Origin: Octopus vulgaris
Lineage: Eukaryota
Direction: 5' to 3'
Assembly: GCA_951406725.2 (NCBI GenBank)
Contig: OX597824.1
Span: forward strand, 35,216,001 to 35,280,000
Length of the DNA: 64,000 nucleotides
Below, piece by piece: positions 49,753 to 64,000 of this stretch (within the stretch, counting starts at the first letter, position 1; every line of letters starts with the position of its first letter). The position numbers and the translations under genes were made by a program. Below the pieces are notes generated by a model. The model worked only from the letters and a program-made list of their open reading frames with translations, was not told the origin of the DNA and did no database searches.

Positions 49753-50875
49753 ACACAATTATGAATATATTTATATATATATATATATAAATATACAATT
49801 GCCATGCAATAGTAAGCACTTGGTTAAAAATACGTAGGTACACATCCAGTAGTATTTAATATCCCTCAGATGGTTTATTAACCTCTAACTCATACGAATA
49901 TAAATATTCCCTCTAATAGCAGGAGTTGAGTTTGTAATCTGTCGTCGAGATTTAAGATTCAAATAACTCAGTGCATCATATGAACACTAAAGTTTGCTGA
50001 ATGTACGATGAGTATTTCTTAATGGCCTAACGTACATAGTCATAAACAGGCATCACAATCTGTAGTGGTTTGCCCTTCTACGCAGCGGCCCTACAGTTCA
50101 CAATAACGTCTAATTCCTTATCTTTTATTACCGAGTTCTTTATGGATATTTCCATTAAAAAAAGACATTACAGTCCTACGGATCTTGTTTATGAGTTAAT
50201 AGATTTGATCCCCCATTGAGAGATGCCCATGACCACGAGGTATCAAATAACAGACGCGTTGTCTAAATAAGATATATACTTATACATAGCATGGCGATGA
50301 TAACGAAGACTTTCATATCGTCGTCAACCCGCCCCGTCCCTCATTAGCAACGTTTACAAAGCGACTGATAATATTTCAGTTTAGCGGTGTTATCAAGGAT
50401 AGATTTGCTGAAGCCGTGGTCATTAGTCGAGTCAAGCAGGTGTTCTGTCGTAAACAGAAACCATATTTCGTGGCCTCGACCAAAACGTTCCAATCAACGC
50501 TTTTTGGTATTGTGCAACTTGAGTGAGAAGAAGAATGAATTCATTGAAATCAGTGTGACACCTTTTTGTCAAATTGAAAACCGTTTCGTCTATTATTACC
50601 ACGGTAGTCACGTGGCTATCATTAGACGCTAAGCTTCAATACAAAGAAGCCCCCCGTAAATATAAGAATAACGAGGAAGATTGGACGCTTAATTTCTAAT
50701 CTTTTGCTTCAATGTATTTGGAAATAAAGAGAGACTTGTTACAAGGAAACGAGGGAATAATTAGGCAGAAGATAAAGGGAAGATTCGTTCGAGAAAATTG
50801 TTATTTTATGGAAAATTACACTTGAAATATTCTATGTTGATTGAATACAAAGGTACGTCACTGCTGCTGCTGTTC

Positions 50876-50920
<45 letters not shown>

Positions 50921-51369
50921 TAGTTGAGGATAGGGAAAATAACTCCAATCTCTAACTTCAGCACACGGTAACACATTTTTTTAAGGCAGAGATATATTTG
51001 ATTTGTCTCCCAGTATACTTGACGTACTGTATCAACTTTAGAAAGGTGAAGAACAAAGGAGAAGGAAGAGGAAGAGGAGGAGAAGGAGGAGAAGGAGAAG
51101 GAGAAGGAGGAGGACTATGTCAGTATCATGATAAAGTATCTTATCGCCACGTATCTTCTACAAAAGTTTCCACTTTAGCGAAACGCACTCGAATGGTTTC
51201 TATTTAATTATAAATTAAGATTTTAATGTGGTGCCAAATGGTAAATCCCTTGAAATCAGTTCCTAACACGATTTTCTTCACTATCTAGGCTTTCAGTATT
51301 TAGACAAGTTTTGTCACCACACTTTGCATGGAACCTATTCGGTGCATGTTAGGGACCATCTTCTGATGA

Positions 51370-51715
51370 GCCAAATAGCATTAGCCGATCGATATTCGCT
51401 CTACGGCAAGTCTTTGAAGAATCGTGGAAATTGCGCCAAGAGGTGTACGGTTGCTTTGTAGACCTCAAACAGGGACATGACCGCGTGCCACAGGACATGT
51501 AGAAATTTTGCAAGAGTCATGGATTAATGGGCAACTTTTCGTTGCTTTGAAGTCCCTATACGAATGCCTAGATGTTTGTGTTCGGGTGAAGTCGGAACCT
51601 TTCGAAGTAGGTGTTGGACTTCAGCAGGGGAACGTATTGTCACCTCTCCTCTTGGTGATTTTTATGTGCTGGATCGACATGCGTAGCCGTTGTGGGAGTA
51701 GTATCACATTCGATG
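51370..51715 (+). pseudogene. RTE-like RT fragment
   Basis: CFVDLKQGHDRVP, LKSLY, FEVGVGLQQGNVLSPLLLVIFM. Confidence 0.75.
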
Positions 51716-51746
51716 TATGTATATGTGAAATACAAAATAAAAATTC

Positions 51747-52160
51747 AGAGTGGCTGTTTGGTAAGTAGCTTGCTTACAAACCACAAGGTTCCGGGTTCAG
51801 TCCCACTGCGTGGCACCTTGGGCAAGTGTCTTCTACTATAGCCTCGGGCCAACCAAAGCCTTGTCAGTGGATTTTAAGGACGGAAACTGGAAGAAGCCCG
51901 TCGTATATATATATATGTATATAGTATGTATGTGTGTGTGTATATAAGTGTGTGTCTGTGTTTGTCCCCCAACATCGCTTGACAACCAATGCTGGTGTGT
52001 TTACGTCCCCGACACTTAGCGGTTCGGCAAAAGAGACCGATAGAATAAGTACTAAGCTTACAAAGAATAAGTCCTAGGGTCTGTTTGCTCGACTAAAGGC
52101 GGTGCTCCAGCATGGCCACAGTCAAATGACTGAAACAAGTAATAGAGTAAAAGAGTAAAA
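51747..52160 (+). mobile_element. SINE family A
   Basis: Identity to family A. Confidence 0.9.
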
Positions 52161-53194
52161 AGTAATCGCAAAAATCAACATTTTAATCAATATTTTTTTC
52201 TAAAAATCATAAAACTAATATAATAAACTTTTAAAATATGTAATGAAAAGGTAAAAAGGTAATGGTGAAAAAAAAAAAAAATAATAGAAAAGAAATAGGT
52301 TTATGAGGAATTTAGAAAAAAGTTTTGAGTTATAAACATTAGAGTTTAGAAACAGAGAGTGTCTATAACAAGATTAAGAATATAAAGTCTACAGCAAAGC
52401 TGAAGATAGCCTTTAAGATTATTGCAAGACTAAAAATAGTGAGTCTAGAAAGAAACAAGGAGGGGGACAATAGAATTAATAAGGAGACGGAATGTAGAAA
52501 TCAAACTACAGGATATATGGAGACCACACAAAGATGAAAATTGGATGTTATAAGACTAGGTTAGGAAGAATAGGTTAGGAAGAATAAGAACATACACTAT
52601 TTAAAGACGAAGGTTCTATAGAAGGAACGAAAATGGAGTATGCAATAAATAAATATCGATATCACACGAAGAATAAAGCTAGAAAAGACAGGTGTGGAGG
52701 AAATAAAGTTAAGGATGATACAAAGAGCAAAGGAGACCATAGACAGTTGTACAAGATTAGAGATCTAGACTGTAAAAAGACAAATTATTCATATACAATT
52801 AAAAAGGTAAAAACAGAAGTTTTACAACGAATAAAGACGGAAAATACAGAATGAATTTTTAAAAATAAAGCAACTGTATAAGGAAGACTCACATAAGAAT
52901 GAAGACTCACATAAGAATGAAGATAGAGTCTATCTTTAAGATAATGGCTAAAAAAGGAAAATAATAGAGATTACAGAAGGAATAAGCAAAAGGGCTATAA
53001 GAATAAGAGAAAATCTATAGAAAGACTTTATAAGCAAGACAATGAAAAATGGCCGTTAGTATACAAATGCAAACAGACTATTTTAATAGTCTGTTTGTAT
53101 TTGTATGTTCTGTAGAGTGAAAGACAACGACAGGAGAAAGTTCTACAAGAGAAATATAAAGAACTAAAGAAATATAAAGAACTAAAGAAATATA

Positions 53195-53597
53195 GGCGCA
53201 GGTGTGGCTGTGTAGTAAGTAGCTTGCTTACCAACTACATGGTTCCGGGTTCAGTCCCACTGCGTGGCACCTTGGGCAACTGTCTTCTACTATAGTCTCG
53301 GGTCGACCAAAGCCTTGTGAGTGGATTTGGTAGACGGAAACTGAAAGAAGCCCGTCGTATATATGTGTGTGCGTGTATGTTTGTGTGTCTGTGTTTGTCC
53401 CCCTAGCATTGCTTGACAACCGATGCTGGTGTGTTTACGTCCCCGTCACTTAGCGGTTCGGCAAACGAGACCGATAGAATAAGTACTGGGCTTACAAAGA
53501 ATAAGTCCCGGGGTCGAGTTGCTCGACTAAAGGCGGTGCTCCAGCATGGCCACAGTCAAATGACTGAAACAAGTAAAAGAGAAAAGAGAAAGAGAGA
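53195..53597 (+). mobile_element. SINE family A, full length
   Basis: Identity to family A. Confidence 0.93.
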
Positions 53598-53817
53598 ACT
53601 ACCAAGAAAAGAATTATACTGAAAAATCTGCAGCATCTAATAAAATAACAGTATTAGAATAGCGTGGGTGAGAAAATGAAGAAATGATAGTATATTGGTA
53701 AAAATGAGGCTAAAATTTTTATTGAAAGATTCATGGAAACACCCATCATGACAGAAGACAAAATAACAATGAAGAGTATAAAATGCGCACTAATCACGAA
53801 GACAGTTGGTATCTTAA

Positions 53818-54010
53818 TGCGTAGCCGTATTTCGTCAGCCGTTACGTTCTGGGTTCGAGTTCCGCCGAGGTCGACTTTGCCTTTCATCCTTTCGGGGTCG
53901 ATAAATTAAGTACCAGTTGCGCACTGGGATCGATGTAGTCGATTTGATCCATTTGTCTGTCCTTGTTTGTTCTCTCTCTGTTTAGTCCCTTGTGGGTAGT
54001 AAAGAAATAG
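53818..54010 (+). mobile_element. 5'-truncated SINE family B
   Basis: Begins within the head hairpin; ggtatctt(g)aatg on both sides. Confidence 0.88.
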
Positions 54011-54063
54011 GTATCTTGAATGGAATATCGCAGAGATTCACCGATATTGTTATACTTAAGCTA

Positions 54064-54443
54064 GGAGGCGCAATGGCCCAGTGGTTAGGGCAGCGGACTC
54101 GCGGTCGTAGGATCGCGGTTTCGATTCCCAGACCGGGCGTTGTGAGTGTTTATTGAGCGAAAACATCTAAAGCTCCACGAGGCTCCGGCAGGGATGGTGG
54201 TGATCCCTGATGTACTCTTTCACCACAACTTTCTCTCACTCTTACTTCCTGTTTCTGTTGTACCTGTATTTCAAAGGGCCGGCCTTGTCACTCTCTGTGT
54301 CACGCTGAATATCCCCGAGAACTACGTTAAGGGTACACGTGTCTGTAGAGTGCTCAACCACTTACAAGTTAATTTCACGAGCAGGCTGTTCCGTTGATCG
54401 TATCAACCGGAACCCTCATCGTCGTAACCGACGGAGTGCTTCC
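54064..54443 (+). mobile_element. SINE family C, full length
   Basis: High identity to 29815-30206. Confidence 0.92.
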
Positions 54444-54854
54444 ACACATATATACTTATGCGTAATTCTGTTGAAGACACCCCTCATCAGAAAAATCAGT
54501 GGAATTAAGAAAAAGTGACATGTAGGTGTTTAGAGAAGCTTATTTACACTCCAGACTATATAGGAGTGTATCCTGGAAATATCCCGAGTAAGGATACAGG
54601 CGGAGACAACAGATGATAGCACAGAAGTTAGCATTGACATATAGGTGAGGATGATTTTACACTGATGCAACATAAGCAATTCAGCAGCATGTCAGTAATT
54701 ACAAATATATCGACATTTTAGATGTTTTAATAATTTCGTGCTTTTCAAAGCATTTTCAATCGGTTTCGCCTTTCGTACAATTGGATGTCTTTCAAGATGT
54801 CATCACTCGATTGCGAATTTCATCTAAGGCTTTCTATGGCTACTTACACGCACG

Positions 54855-54942
<88 letters not shown>

Positions 54943-54957
54943 TACACACACACGCAA

Positions 54958-54988
<31 letters not shown>

Positions 54989-55321
54989 AAAGCGGTAGTT
55001 TCATTTATAAACTTTTAATTATGATAAATTAATTATTAATTCCATAAAACTGTACAAATTTCAAAGTGGCATTGTAACTTCGATAGTCAGTGGATTGAAA
55101 CTATGTTTGATTAGAGAACTCACCTATAAGATGTTAAGTGTAGACGTGGAGAGAGGAGGTATCAGATGAAATAAAAAAAAGCGAGCATTAAGTTTTACAG
55201 ATGAAGTTTAGGTTAAAATTAAGATTAAGAATTTTTAAGTTTATCGTGACAGATTATCAATACAATTCAGAGCCAGCACTGATTTGTTACGATGTTTTCT
55301 ATACAAATAAATCTATGTAGT

Positions 55322-55570
55322 GGAGGCGCGTGGCTTAGTGGTTAGGGTGTCAGCATCATGATCGTAAGAATTGTGGTTTCGATTCCTGGACCGGGCGACA
55401 TGTTGTGTTCTTGAGGAAAACACTTCATTTCACGTTGCTCCAGTCCACTCAGCTGGCAAAAATGAGTAAGGCTGCAAGGGACTGGCGTCCCGTCTAGCTG
55501 GGGAACACATACGCCATAGAAACCGAGAAACCGGGCCCATGAGTCTGGCTAGGCTTTAAAAGGGCGCATT
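55322..55570 (+). mobile_element. tRNA-derived CORE-like SINE, family D
   Basis: tggcttagtgg (A box), ggtttcgattcc (B box), tgttgtgttcttgag...tttcacgttgctc shared with 63423-63762. Confidence 0.8.
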
Positions 55571-55962
55571 AAAATTTTTTTATATATATCTATATAGATA
55601 ATGCGATCGAAGATAGAAAAAACAGGTAATGGGTGTACATGCATAGCTCAAGCCTGAAGTCTTGTACTCTAGCACCCTTGTTAATTCGCCGCCTATAAGA
55701 GAATAAAATTGTTCTAACCGAGAATCGAAACCGAGTGGCAAACTTGACTTGATGGGAGTGTGCTTGTGAAGGAGCTTCTTCGTTATAACTTATTCTGCCT
55801 GGAACAGTAGCTAAAAAAGTTCTCATCAAATTATACCCACCATCTTAAAAAAGAAAGGCGTCAGCGGATAATACAATATAGAAAAGGGAGATGGTTGTGG
55901 CTAGAATGTCTTTTATTGAGGTCTGTTCTGTTGGAGCTGACCTGGGGTTAAACAACAGCCAC

Positions 55963-56034
<72 letters not shown>

Positions 56035-56187
56035 AAATTATGTTTAACTACACAAGTCTCATCTTTTCTGTCAAGATGATAGTGTAATCAAAGATTGGAT
56101 GGTTCCCAGTAAATTATATTTTGCATTTATTTTATCAGTTTTGGTGAGATGAAAATCTAAATTAACTGCGAGACAGAGGTGAGGAAT

Positions 56188-56237
<50 letters not shown>

Positions 56238-56975
56238 AAAGACTAAATACTGTAAAGTATTTAGTCCGACGCTCTATCATTTCTACCAAGAGGCTGCTCT
56301 TCCAAACAGCCGGTATCGAATGCTTTAATTGTCCAGTTGTTGGCAGCTCCGTACAGGCAGCCATCTGTGTCTATTGCAGAGAAGAATTAATAACATTCTT
56401 CCTGTTCGAAAACGAAATCTCCAATAGAATTGGCAGAGAGATTAACATCTGGCCGAGTTATAATCTAACAGGCGTAATGTCAGAAAGTAGAGTTTAATGC
56501 GATACTTAACATAGAGCGGAGGGGAATCAGTAAATTTGGAACGACTAGAAAAACTTTATTTAGAAAAAAAAAAATTCATGTTAACCGGTGTAAAGCTGTG
56601 AATGTTGCCCATAAAACATGGTTATGAAATTCTCTTTCCAGTGGCAAAGCATTCAGCGGGGGAACTCTAGCTAATCAGAAACAGATTTCTTATGAGAAGT
56701 ATATAAAAAAAAAAAAAAGAGAGAGAAAAGTAGAAATATAAAAATATAAATAACAGGAAAACAACTACCGTTGGCTGCTGCCAAGTTAGTTTCCCTGCTG
56801 TAGGATTAAAATTCCAGATTTTATATTCTTTGCAGCTTCTGCTTTCTGCTCGGATTCTAAATAAATATTTGTGGCCGATTCCATTAAAAGATAGAACAAC
56901 CAGTATATTTGGGTGGTTACGATTCTTGAAATGTTGTATATATATACACACAGGCTAGTGGCAGTGCCAGTGCCA

Positions 56976-57216
<241 letters not shown>

Positions 57217-59986
57217 GCATGTATTTGTTCGTGTGCACACTCTCATGTGCTGATTGAGACAGTCTTTAAAATTCAAACCGAATTTAGACGTATTATTTGA
57301 AGATAAAAGTCCTTTGTTGGAACAGTCAGTTTTCTTTCTTCTTCTAGTCCTGAAAACACTCTATAGAAATAGATTTATGACACATTATTCTATGTCAATG
57401 TCTCTTTCATTATTTGGTATTTATTATAAGCCATGGCTTTGATGTACGCATACAAAAGAAAGCAGTGTTGATGAAAATGGGGAGAAATAAAAAAAAGGCC
57501 ATCTTTAATACATTAAAGATGATAATAAATAGCCTGAACGCTAATGGCAGATCTCGTAACACATTGATCCATTAGAGAACCGTCAGGTCTTCATGTTATA
57601 ATTTCAGTGAAGTTGACTTAGAATGACATTTCGTCTCTTCTCTAATATAAATCGACTAATTATAATCAGATTTATTATGCAACAAAACATTTGAGAGAGT
57701 AAACAAGTCTCCCTCGAATCACACCATCTTAAAAGTAAGGACATGTTAGATAATATAGTCCAAGATACATTTGTGTCTGAATAAGTGGCAGATGACAGGT
57801 TAGATCATTTTGATTATTGGTCTACAGGATCAGAAGTCATAAGAACTGACCTTAAGATAAACAACAAAACAGTCTATCACTGCCAACTGTGACTTATATA
57901 TATATATATATATATCTTCATAAATTGTATTTAGGGTTAAGTGGCCAGAGTTACACAGAGTTAAATATGTTGTTTATGGACATCTTTTAGAGTTGTTCAG
58001 TTGTAAGTTGATGAGGTGAAGACTCAAATATTCAAACATATAACGAAAAAAATCTGATTTATAATTAATTCAGTTTCTGCTTCAGTCTTGAATATTACGA
58101 ATTCAAACTCGAACAGGTTATGTTATCATGTTATCATTTCAGGAACGAATAAAATTAGCATCAGAGAATCTACACAGCAGTAAATAATATTCGTGAGACA
58201 ACGTTTAGCGTTCCATCAAGTTTAGAGACAACTGCAGATCAGGCAAACCAAGATGAGCAAGTCCCAGGCGAGATATCGTTTTATCGATATCAGGCACTGA
58301 CAAAGTACAAAACTGAAAAGAATAGCAATGAAAATGGTTCTAGTCTGGTTGCAGAAATAATATGAAAGAGAATTTACCGTTTTATTAGCATCAGAGAGAA
58401 AGGGTGAAAGTATGAGCGGTGTAACTGAACTCTGAACATTTAACTCAAGATATTTGTTACTGACCGAGCTATCATTTGCGTAGATTTGCCATTGAATACA
58501 AATAACATTAGGTGTAGTTATCAAAATATTCAATTATCATCAACGTAGGACATTTAGGGAATTATAATGAATTGTACAACCTGCAAGAAATTGCAGACAA
58601 ATATCTCTAGAAGCTACCCTCTATAAACTTAACAAAAGTAAGACACGTTGTTAGATCAATTATGTCTGAATAGTCAACGATATCGCCACGACTGGAAGGA
58701 CTTTCAGGACTGATATGGTCGATCAAGGGTGATCTGGGGACAACAAAAACCACAGTTACCGTCTATAAATTGAATCTATGAAGCCAGTACTACGAAGTAC
58801 TTCGTTCGGGTGGCTGTATTATATATATATATATATATATGTTACTAATATCTTGTATCTAGGTATATCAGTTGCACCTTTGTCAAATTGGAAACAGGTT
58901 TAGCTTTATCCCCGATCAACAGGTGTGTCTACACCTGAATAACTTCTCTGTTGCTGATTATTAATATGGAACTAAAGTGCAGTGACTTTTTTCATTGTAT
59001 ATGTGTGACTATATATAGAGAGATATACTTGTTTACACATAGACAAAGATATATTTCTTACGCACACACACACACACACACACTCACATGCAAGTTTGAA
59101 TGTACAACACATACACTCACGAAAGGAACATCACAGACACACACATATATTTACAGGCGTTCAAACGTGTGTATGATGTACAAGCAAATACACAAAAGCA
59201 TTGTGTGTGTGTGTGCGCGCGCGTTGGCCAACAGTAAGCTAAGCAGTGCAAACAGGAGGCTTCTTCAATGACTATTTAACAGCTGTAATTACATCCACAG
59301 TTTTAGGAAGAAACCGTATCTGCGTAATTGACCTGTTGATAGTCTTCTCGAAGTGACTGTTACCCATCGAATAGAATACTGTGTTCCATGAAACAGAGAC
59401 ATAGTAATGTTGTATATCCTGATCGCACCTGAACCTGAGTACCGAATGACATAAAATCCAGCTCTGGCTGACACAAATCGTAAGTTTATCTTTTACTTCG
59501 ACATTCTCAATGAATGGGATAGTCTGCTGGCCATTATCAAACCCAGTAAAGAGGGACACTGCGAGGAAATTTACTGGAAACCTTCCAAATCGACCAGCCT
59601 TGAACATTTATACTCGGTTAGTGTATTTATTGACCAGTTTCCGGTGCACTTATGTCAAGTAGTGTACAGACATTTTATTCTCTCTGCCTTCTTAATAAAG
59701 TTAACATCGTTACTATTTCCCCCGGCCAAACCATTGTAAAAGTTGTAAAATACTTACAAATATCCAGCGTACGTTTCATAAAGAAAAAAACATGATACGC
59801 CTGTATGTTGTTGTTACTGCTGTTGCTGTTTTATTTAAACCAAGTCATTCCTGATCAATTCTTTGATCAAATAATTAAACTATAACCATCTCGTCTTATT
59901 TTCAGGTATTTTCTAAACTACTGTATTTTATTCAGTGAGACCTTTTACAAGATAGTAGGGTTCCAGATCATTCCACTCGTAAATAC

Positions 59987-60218
59987 ATATTTCTTTACTA
60001 CCCACAAGGGGCTAAACACAGAGAGGACAAACAAGGACAGACAAACGGATTAAGTCGATTATATCGACCCCAGTGTGTAACTGGTACTTAATTTATCGAC
60101 CCCGAAAGGATGAAAGGCAAAGTCGATCTCGGCGGAATTTGAACTCAGAACATAACGGCAGACGAAATACGGCTACGCATTTCGTCCGGCGTGCTAACGT
60201 TTCTGCCAACTTGCCGCC
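59987..60218 (-). mobile_element. SINE family B monomer with TSD
   Basis: attccactcgtaaatac (59970-59986) / attctactcgtaaatac (60221-60237). Confidence 0.93.
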
Positions 60219-61574
60219 CTATTCTACTCGTAAATACGCCGGTGAAAGATGGTGGTAGATGATCTTCACAATGGACTCAACTGATAGCTGAGTTCATCCA
60301 ACGCATGACGGCAGATGATCGTCATAACTCCACAAATTCGTGCTTGGGCACTGTGCGATTACATACAAAACGATCTTGTCGCTCTGCTAGAAATTGCAAC
60401 CAAATCTATCAAAATTTCCACCCTGTCATCTTTAAAAACATTGAAAGACATTGGATAATGTATTTCTAGGTTCACTTGAAGTGAACCTAGAAAATTTGGA
60501 TGGGTGCTATTGGAACAACAGAGATCACAGGCCTGTCTGTCTTGTAAGAGGCGACCTACGGTTAAACAACAACTAAAATGTGAATCAGCAATTGTGTATT
60601 ATCGATGACATCTTGCATCTAAATTATCAAATGCTATGTATTTGCAGATGTAGCAGAATATATGACACTTAAAACCCAATGGTATTAACACTCCGGATGT
60701 ATACACACCCTACTGACGGGATAAAATTTATCTCTTTTCCATAATATTATCAACTAAATATATTTGCCAACTCTCTGGTCGATAATGAGTCACGGAACAT
60801 TGGTTAGTTGATGGTATTGCAGCTATGCGTGTGTGGTTGATAAAAATACAGAACCGTTTCAAAAGCAACCGACATGCGACATTTGATTGTAACTCTACAG
60901 AGACTCATTTCCAAACGATGGCTGTGTTACTGAATTTGTGAAAGATAGTGGCAAGGAATATTAGGAATACGATATTACCATTAAGTTCGATGATGGTGAT
61001 TATAATATTGATTGTGATGGCGATGGCGATGGCGATGGCGATGAGGAATTTTAAACAGATCCATGCAGTTTTATAAGTACACACATATAACATATACAAG
61101 AAGCAAAAGCGGTGAAATTAGTGATGAAGATCATGGGATTAAAAATGTGTTGGTGAAACGCTGATCACCCAACCATAAATATTGAAATGAGTGGTTTCGC
61201 AGCGTCACAGGCTTGATGAGAATGACCGCTTATGCGATATATTTAATCTGTTTTATAGACTTAAATGACAATAGCTAAGGAACATATACACTAAATCAAA
61301 TGGTCATTGCTAACTTTTATTTGAACGTAAAGGAAATATCCAACATATTTTGAAAAATAATAGACACTTGAGTCTATTAAGTATCAAAATGTCCCTCAAC
61401 TTCTCACTAACATAACACTTAACAAAATATGCTTCCACTCTCGTAAAAAAAAAAAAAAACGGATAGAGAAATCCTTGTTTCCAAATTCAATTCCTTGTGA
61501 GAGAATTCAGGAATTTATTGAAATTATTTCCAACGCATTACAAGTTGCTAACATTCAATAAAGAGATATTCATA

Positions 61575-61736
61575 GGCGCAGGAGTGGCTGTGTGGTAAGT
61601 AGCATGCTTACCAACCACATGGTTCCGGGTTCAGTCCCACTGCGTGGCATCTTGGGCAAGTGTCTTCTGCTATAGCCCTGGGCCGACCAAAGCCTTGTGA
61701 GTGGATTTGGTAGACGGAAACTGAAAGAAGCCCGTC

Positions 61737-61799
<63 letters not shown>

Positions 61800-62020
61800 C
61801 GTGTGTGTTTGTGTGTCTGTGTTTGTCCCCCTAGTATTGCTTGACAACCGATGCTGGTGTGTTTATGTCCCCGTCACTTAGCGGTTCGGCAAAAGAGACC
61901 GATAGAATAAGTACTGGGCTTACAAAGAATAAGTCCCGAGTCGAGTTGCTCGATTAAAGGTGGTGCTCCAGCATGGCCGCAGTCAAATGACTGAAACAAA
62001 TAAAAGAGTAAAGAGAGAGA
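61575..62020 (+). mobile_element. SINE family A, full length
   Basis: Identity to family A. Confidence 0.93.
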
Positions 62021-62334
62021 GAGAGTCTTATATCAATACTGTCGGCTTCACATATTGCGAATATCTTAATAAATTGGGTGAAATTTAAGTTGGTACTGAA
62101 ACAATAGAATAGGAATTGTTTATTCAAAACTGAAACGTGAGAAATTCTGGCTTTTGTTTTTCAATAATTGCTGTGTGCATTGCTCAAAAAATCTGTTTGT
62201 GTGTCTTTTATAAGTCATCCTAAAGAATATATTATGTTCCAGAGTTGACAGGACACATACGTTCCAATTTCTATAGAGGGACTTTAATGGAGAATACTAT
62301 AAAATTTGTTAGTTTTATTTATTAGAGCATTTTG

Positions 62335-62376
<42 letters not shown>

Positions 62377-63090
62377 TAAAACTTACTTGGAAATGGATGC
62401 GTTGCGTTCAATCATATAGTAATATAATAAACATATGATGGCTGCCTCCTCGTTATCGAGTATCGCCATTGCACGAAGCTTAACTGTTATTGGTGCTGGG
62501 TTCGAATGTGACTTTTATTTGCTTTTTAAGGCTACAGCCAGCCATTCAGTTGAGACTCACAGCACAATCAACAATCACAATGTTGTTATCGTGCAATGCC
62601 TGTGCAAGCAGATTTTTTTTAAAGTGAGGAAAGGCTGTGCACTGAGTCAATCCCACTCACTAAGCAACAGCAGCCATTATCCGAAAAGAAGAACAAGTCA
62701 ACATCATCGGTAACCACTGAGCCGCAGGTCTTATGTCGGAGTTATCCCAGTAAGCTGAGTTACCTTCTTCTAGAAGGATGCCCTAACAAAGGCTAGGAGT
62801 CCTTCACTCCCAGTGGTTTAACCGCGAGATCGGGTATTCAGTCCGATTATTTCTATGTCTCCGCGCATGATACAACCTTAAAAAAAAAAAATTCCACATT
62901 TATTGGATGGCTGTTAACTCTCAAGAGTTCATCCGCCCTTTGACAGGTTTTGTTTTTCATCCCGCAGGGTGTCCAATAAACACCCACCTCACCGACTAAA
63001 CCGGCAACCCCACCATAATATACATATATATGCATATATACACACATACATGTACATGCCTACATATACATGTATATCTACATGCATATA

Positions 63091-63368
63091 TGGGTGCAGG
63101 ATGTCAATAAAACCTGAACAAAATGAGAAACGAGAGCATAAAAAGCAAAAGCATGGAAAACGAACATTTTTTCGAACAACAAAAGAAACAAATAGAGAAT
63201 CAAGACAAGCAACATAAAGTACATTCCCTTCATCAGTTGTCCCCTGTTTTATCTACCCCGCGTTTCGAAGGTAGGGACAAGACGCCACATCGTTAAAACA
63301 GTCCTTCCCTTTGTTTTTTATGTTCTCGTTTCTCACTTTGTTCACATTTTTTTGACGTCCTGTACCCA
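63091..63368. mobile_element. Element with about 60-bp diverged inverted ends in a TA-rich site (MITE or inverted Penelope-like ends)
   Basis: tgggtgcaggatgtcaa...tgagaaacgagagcataaaaa versus tttttatgttctcgtttctca...ttgacgtcctgtaccca. Confidence 0.7.
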
Positions 63369-63376
63369 TATATGCA

Positions 63377-63422
<46 letters not shown>

Positions 63423-63425
<3 letters not shown>

Positions 63426-63759
63426 GGGGGTAAAGACCCCCTTCGGTCATGAATGACCATGGGATTGCAGCTAGAAAGTTACCCTCCTAGACACAAGTCC
63501 GGGCAAGGTTGTTTATGGAAGACCAGCAGTCGTCCATGCATACCAGCCTCCCCTCTCCACACCACCAGTGTTATCCAAGGGAAAGACAAAGGTCGATACA
63601 GCTTGGCACCAGTGACGTCGTAACTCATTTCTACAGCTGAGTTAGAGCAACGTGAAATAAAGTGCCTTGCTCAAGAACACAACACGCAGCCCGGTCCGGG
63701 ATTCGAGCTCACAACCTCACGATCGTAAGCTTGACGCTCTAACCACTGAGCCATGCGCC

Positions 63760-63762
<3 letters not shown>
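63423..63762 (-). mobile_element. tRNA-derived CORE-like SINE (family D-related, different tail)
   Basis: Reverse complement ggcgcatggctcagtggttagagcg...gagctcgaatccc...tgttgtgttcttgagcaaggcac. Confidence 0.82.
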
Positions 63763-63804
<42 letters not shown>

Positions 63805-63817
63805 CGGAGATATATAA

Positions 63818-63868
<51 letters not shown>

Positions 63869-63925
63869 TATATATATGTATATACGTATATAATATATAT
63901 ATATATTTATATATATATATATAAT

Positions 63926-63995
<70 letters not shown>

Positions 63996-64000
63996 TATAT
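63763..64000. repeat. Imperfect (TA)n tract running to the window end
   Basis: Direct reading. Confidence 0.97.

Noticed and set aside
59272-59607. 111-aa ORF in unique DNA (also 58222-58533) as a host exon
   Set aside because: No recognisable domain or splice context; length compatible with chance. Small exons cannot be excluded without RNA data.

Overview
AT-rich, repeat-saturated eukaryotic DNA with no intact host protein-coding gene that I can support. The SINE families and microsatellite load look like an octopus (coleoid cephalopod) genome; this is inferred from recalled repeat sequences, not from a search. Nearly all listed ORFs are microsatellite or repeat artefacts. Content: about 30 copies of at least four tRNA-derived SINE families, decayed non-LTR retrotransposons (RTE, Tx1-like, CR1/L2-like, R4/Dong-like in (TAA)n), a truncated Gypsy-type LTR element with LTR and PBS, a decayed Helitron (PIF1-type helicase pseudogene, CTAG 3' end), a complete 382-bp non-autonomous Helitron, two 630-640-bp fold-back MITEs and a Tigger/pogo-like MITE. 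The three most notable signals: (1) minimal type I hammerhead-ribozyme motifs with palindromic stem III, including a tandem pair 235 nt apart (retrozyme/Penelope-like); (2) family-B SINE concatemers each enclosed by one TSD, mostly with the same restart point in a hairpin; (3) several near-perfect, almost spacer-less palindromes, one made from an already diverged SINE copy.
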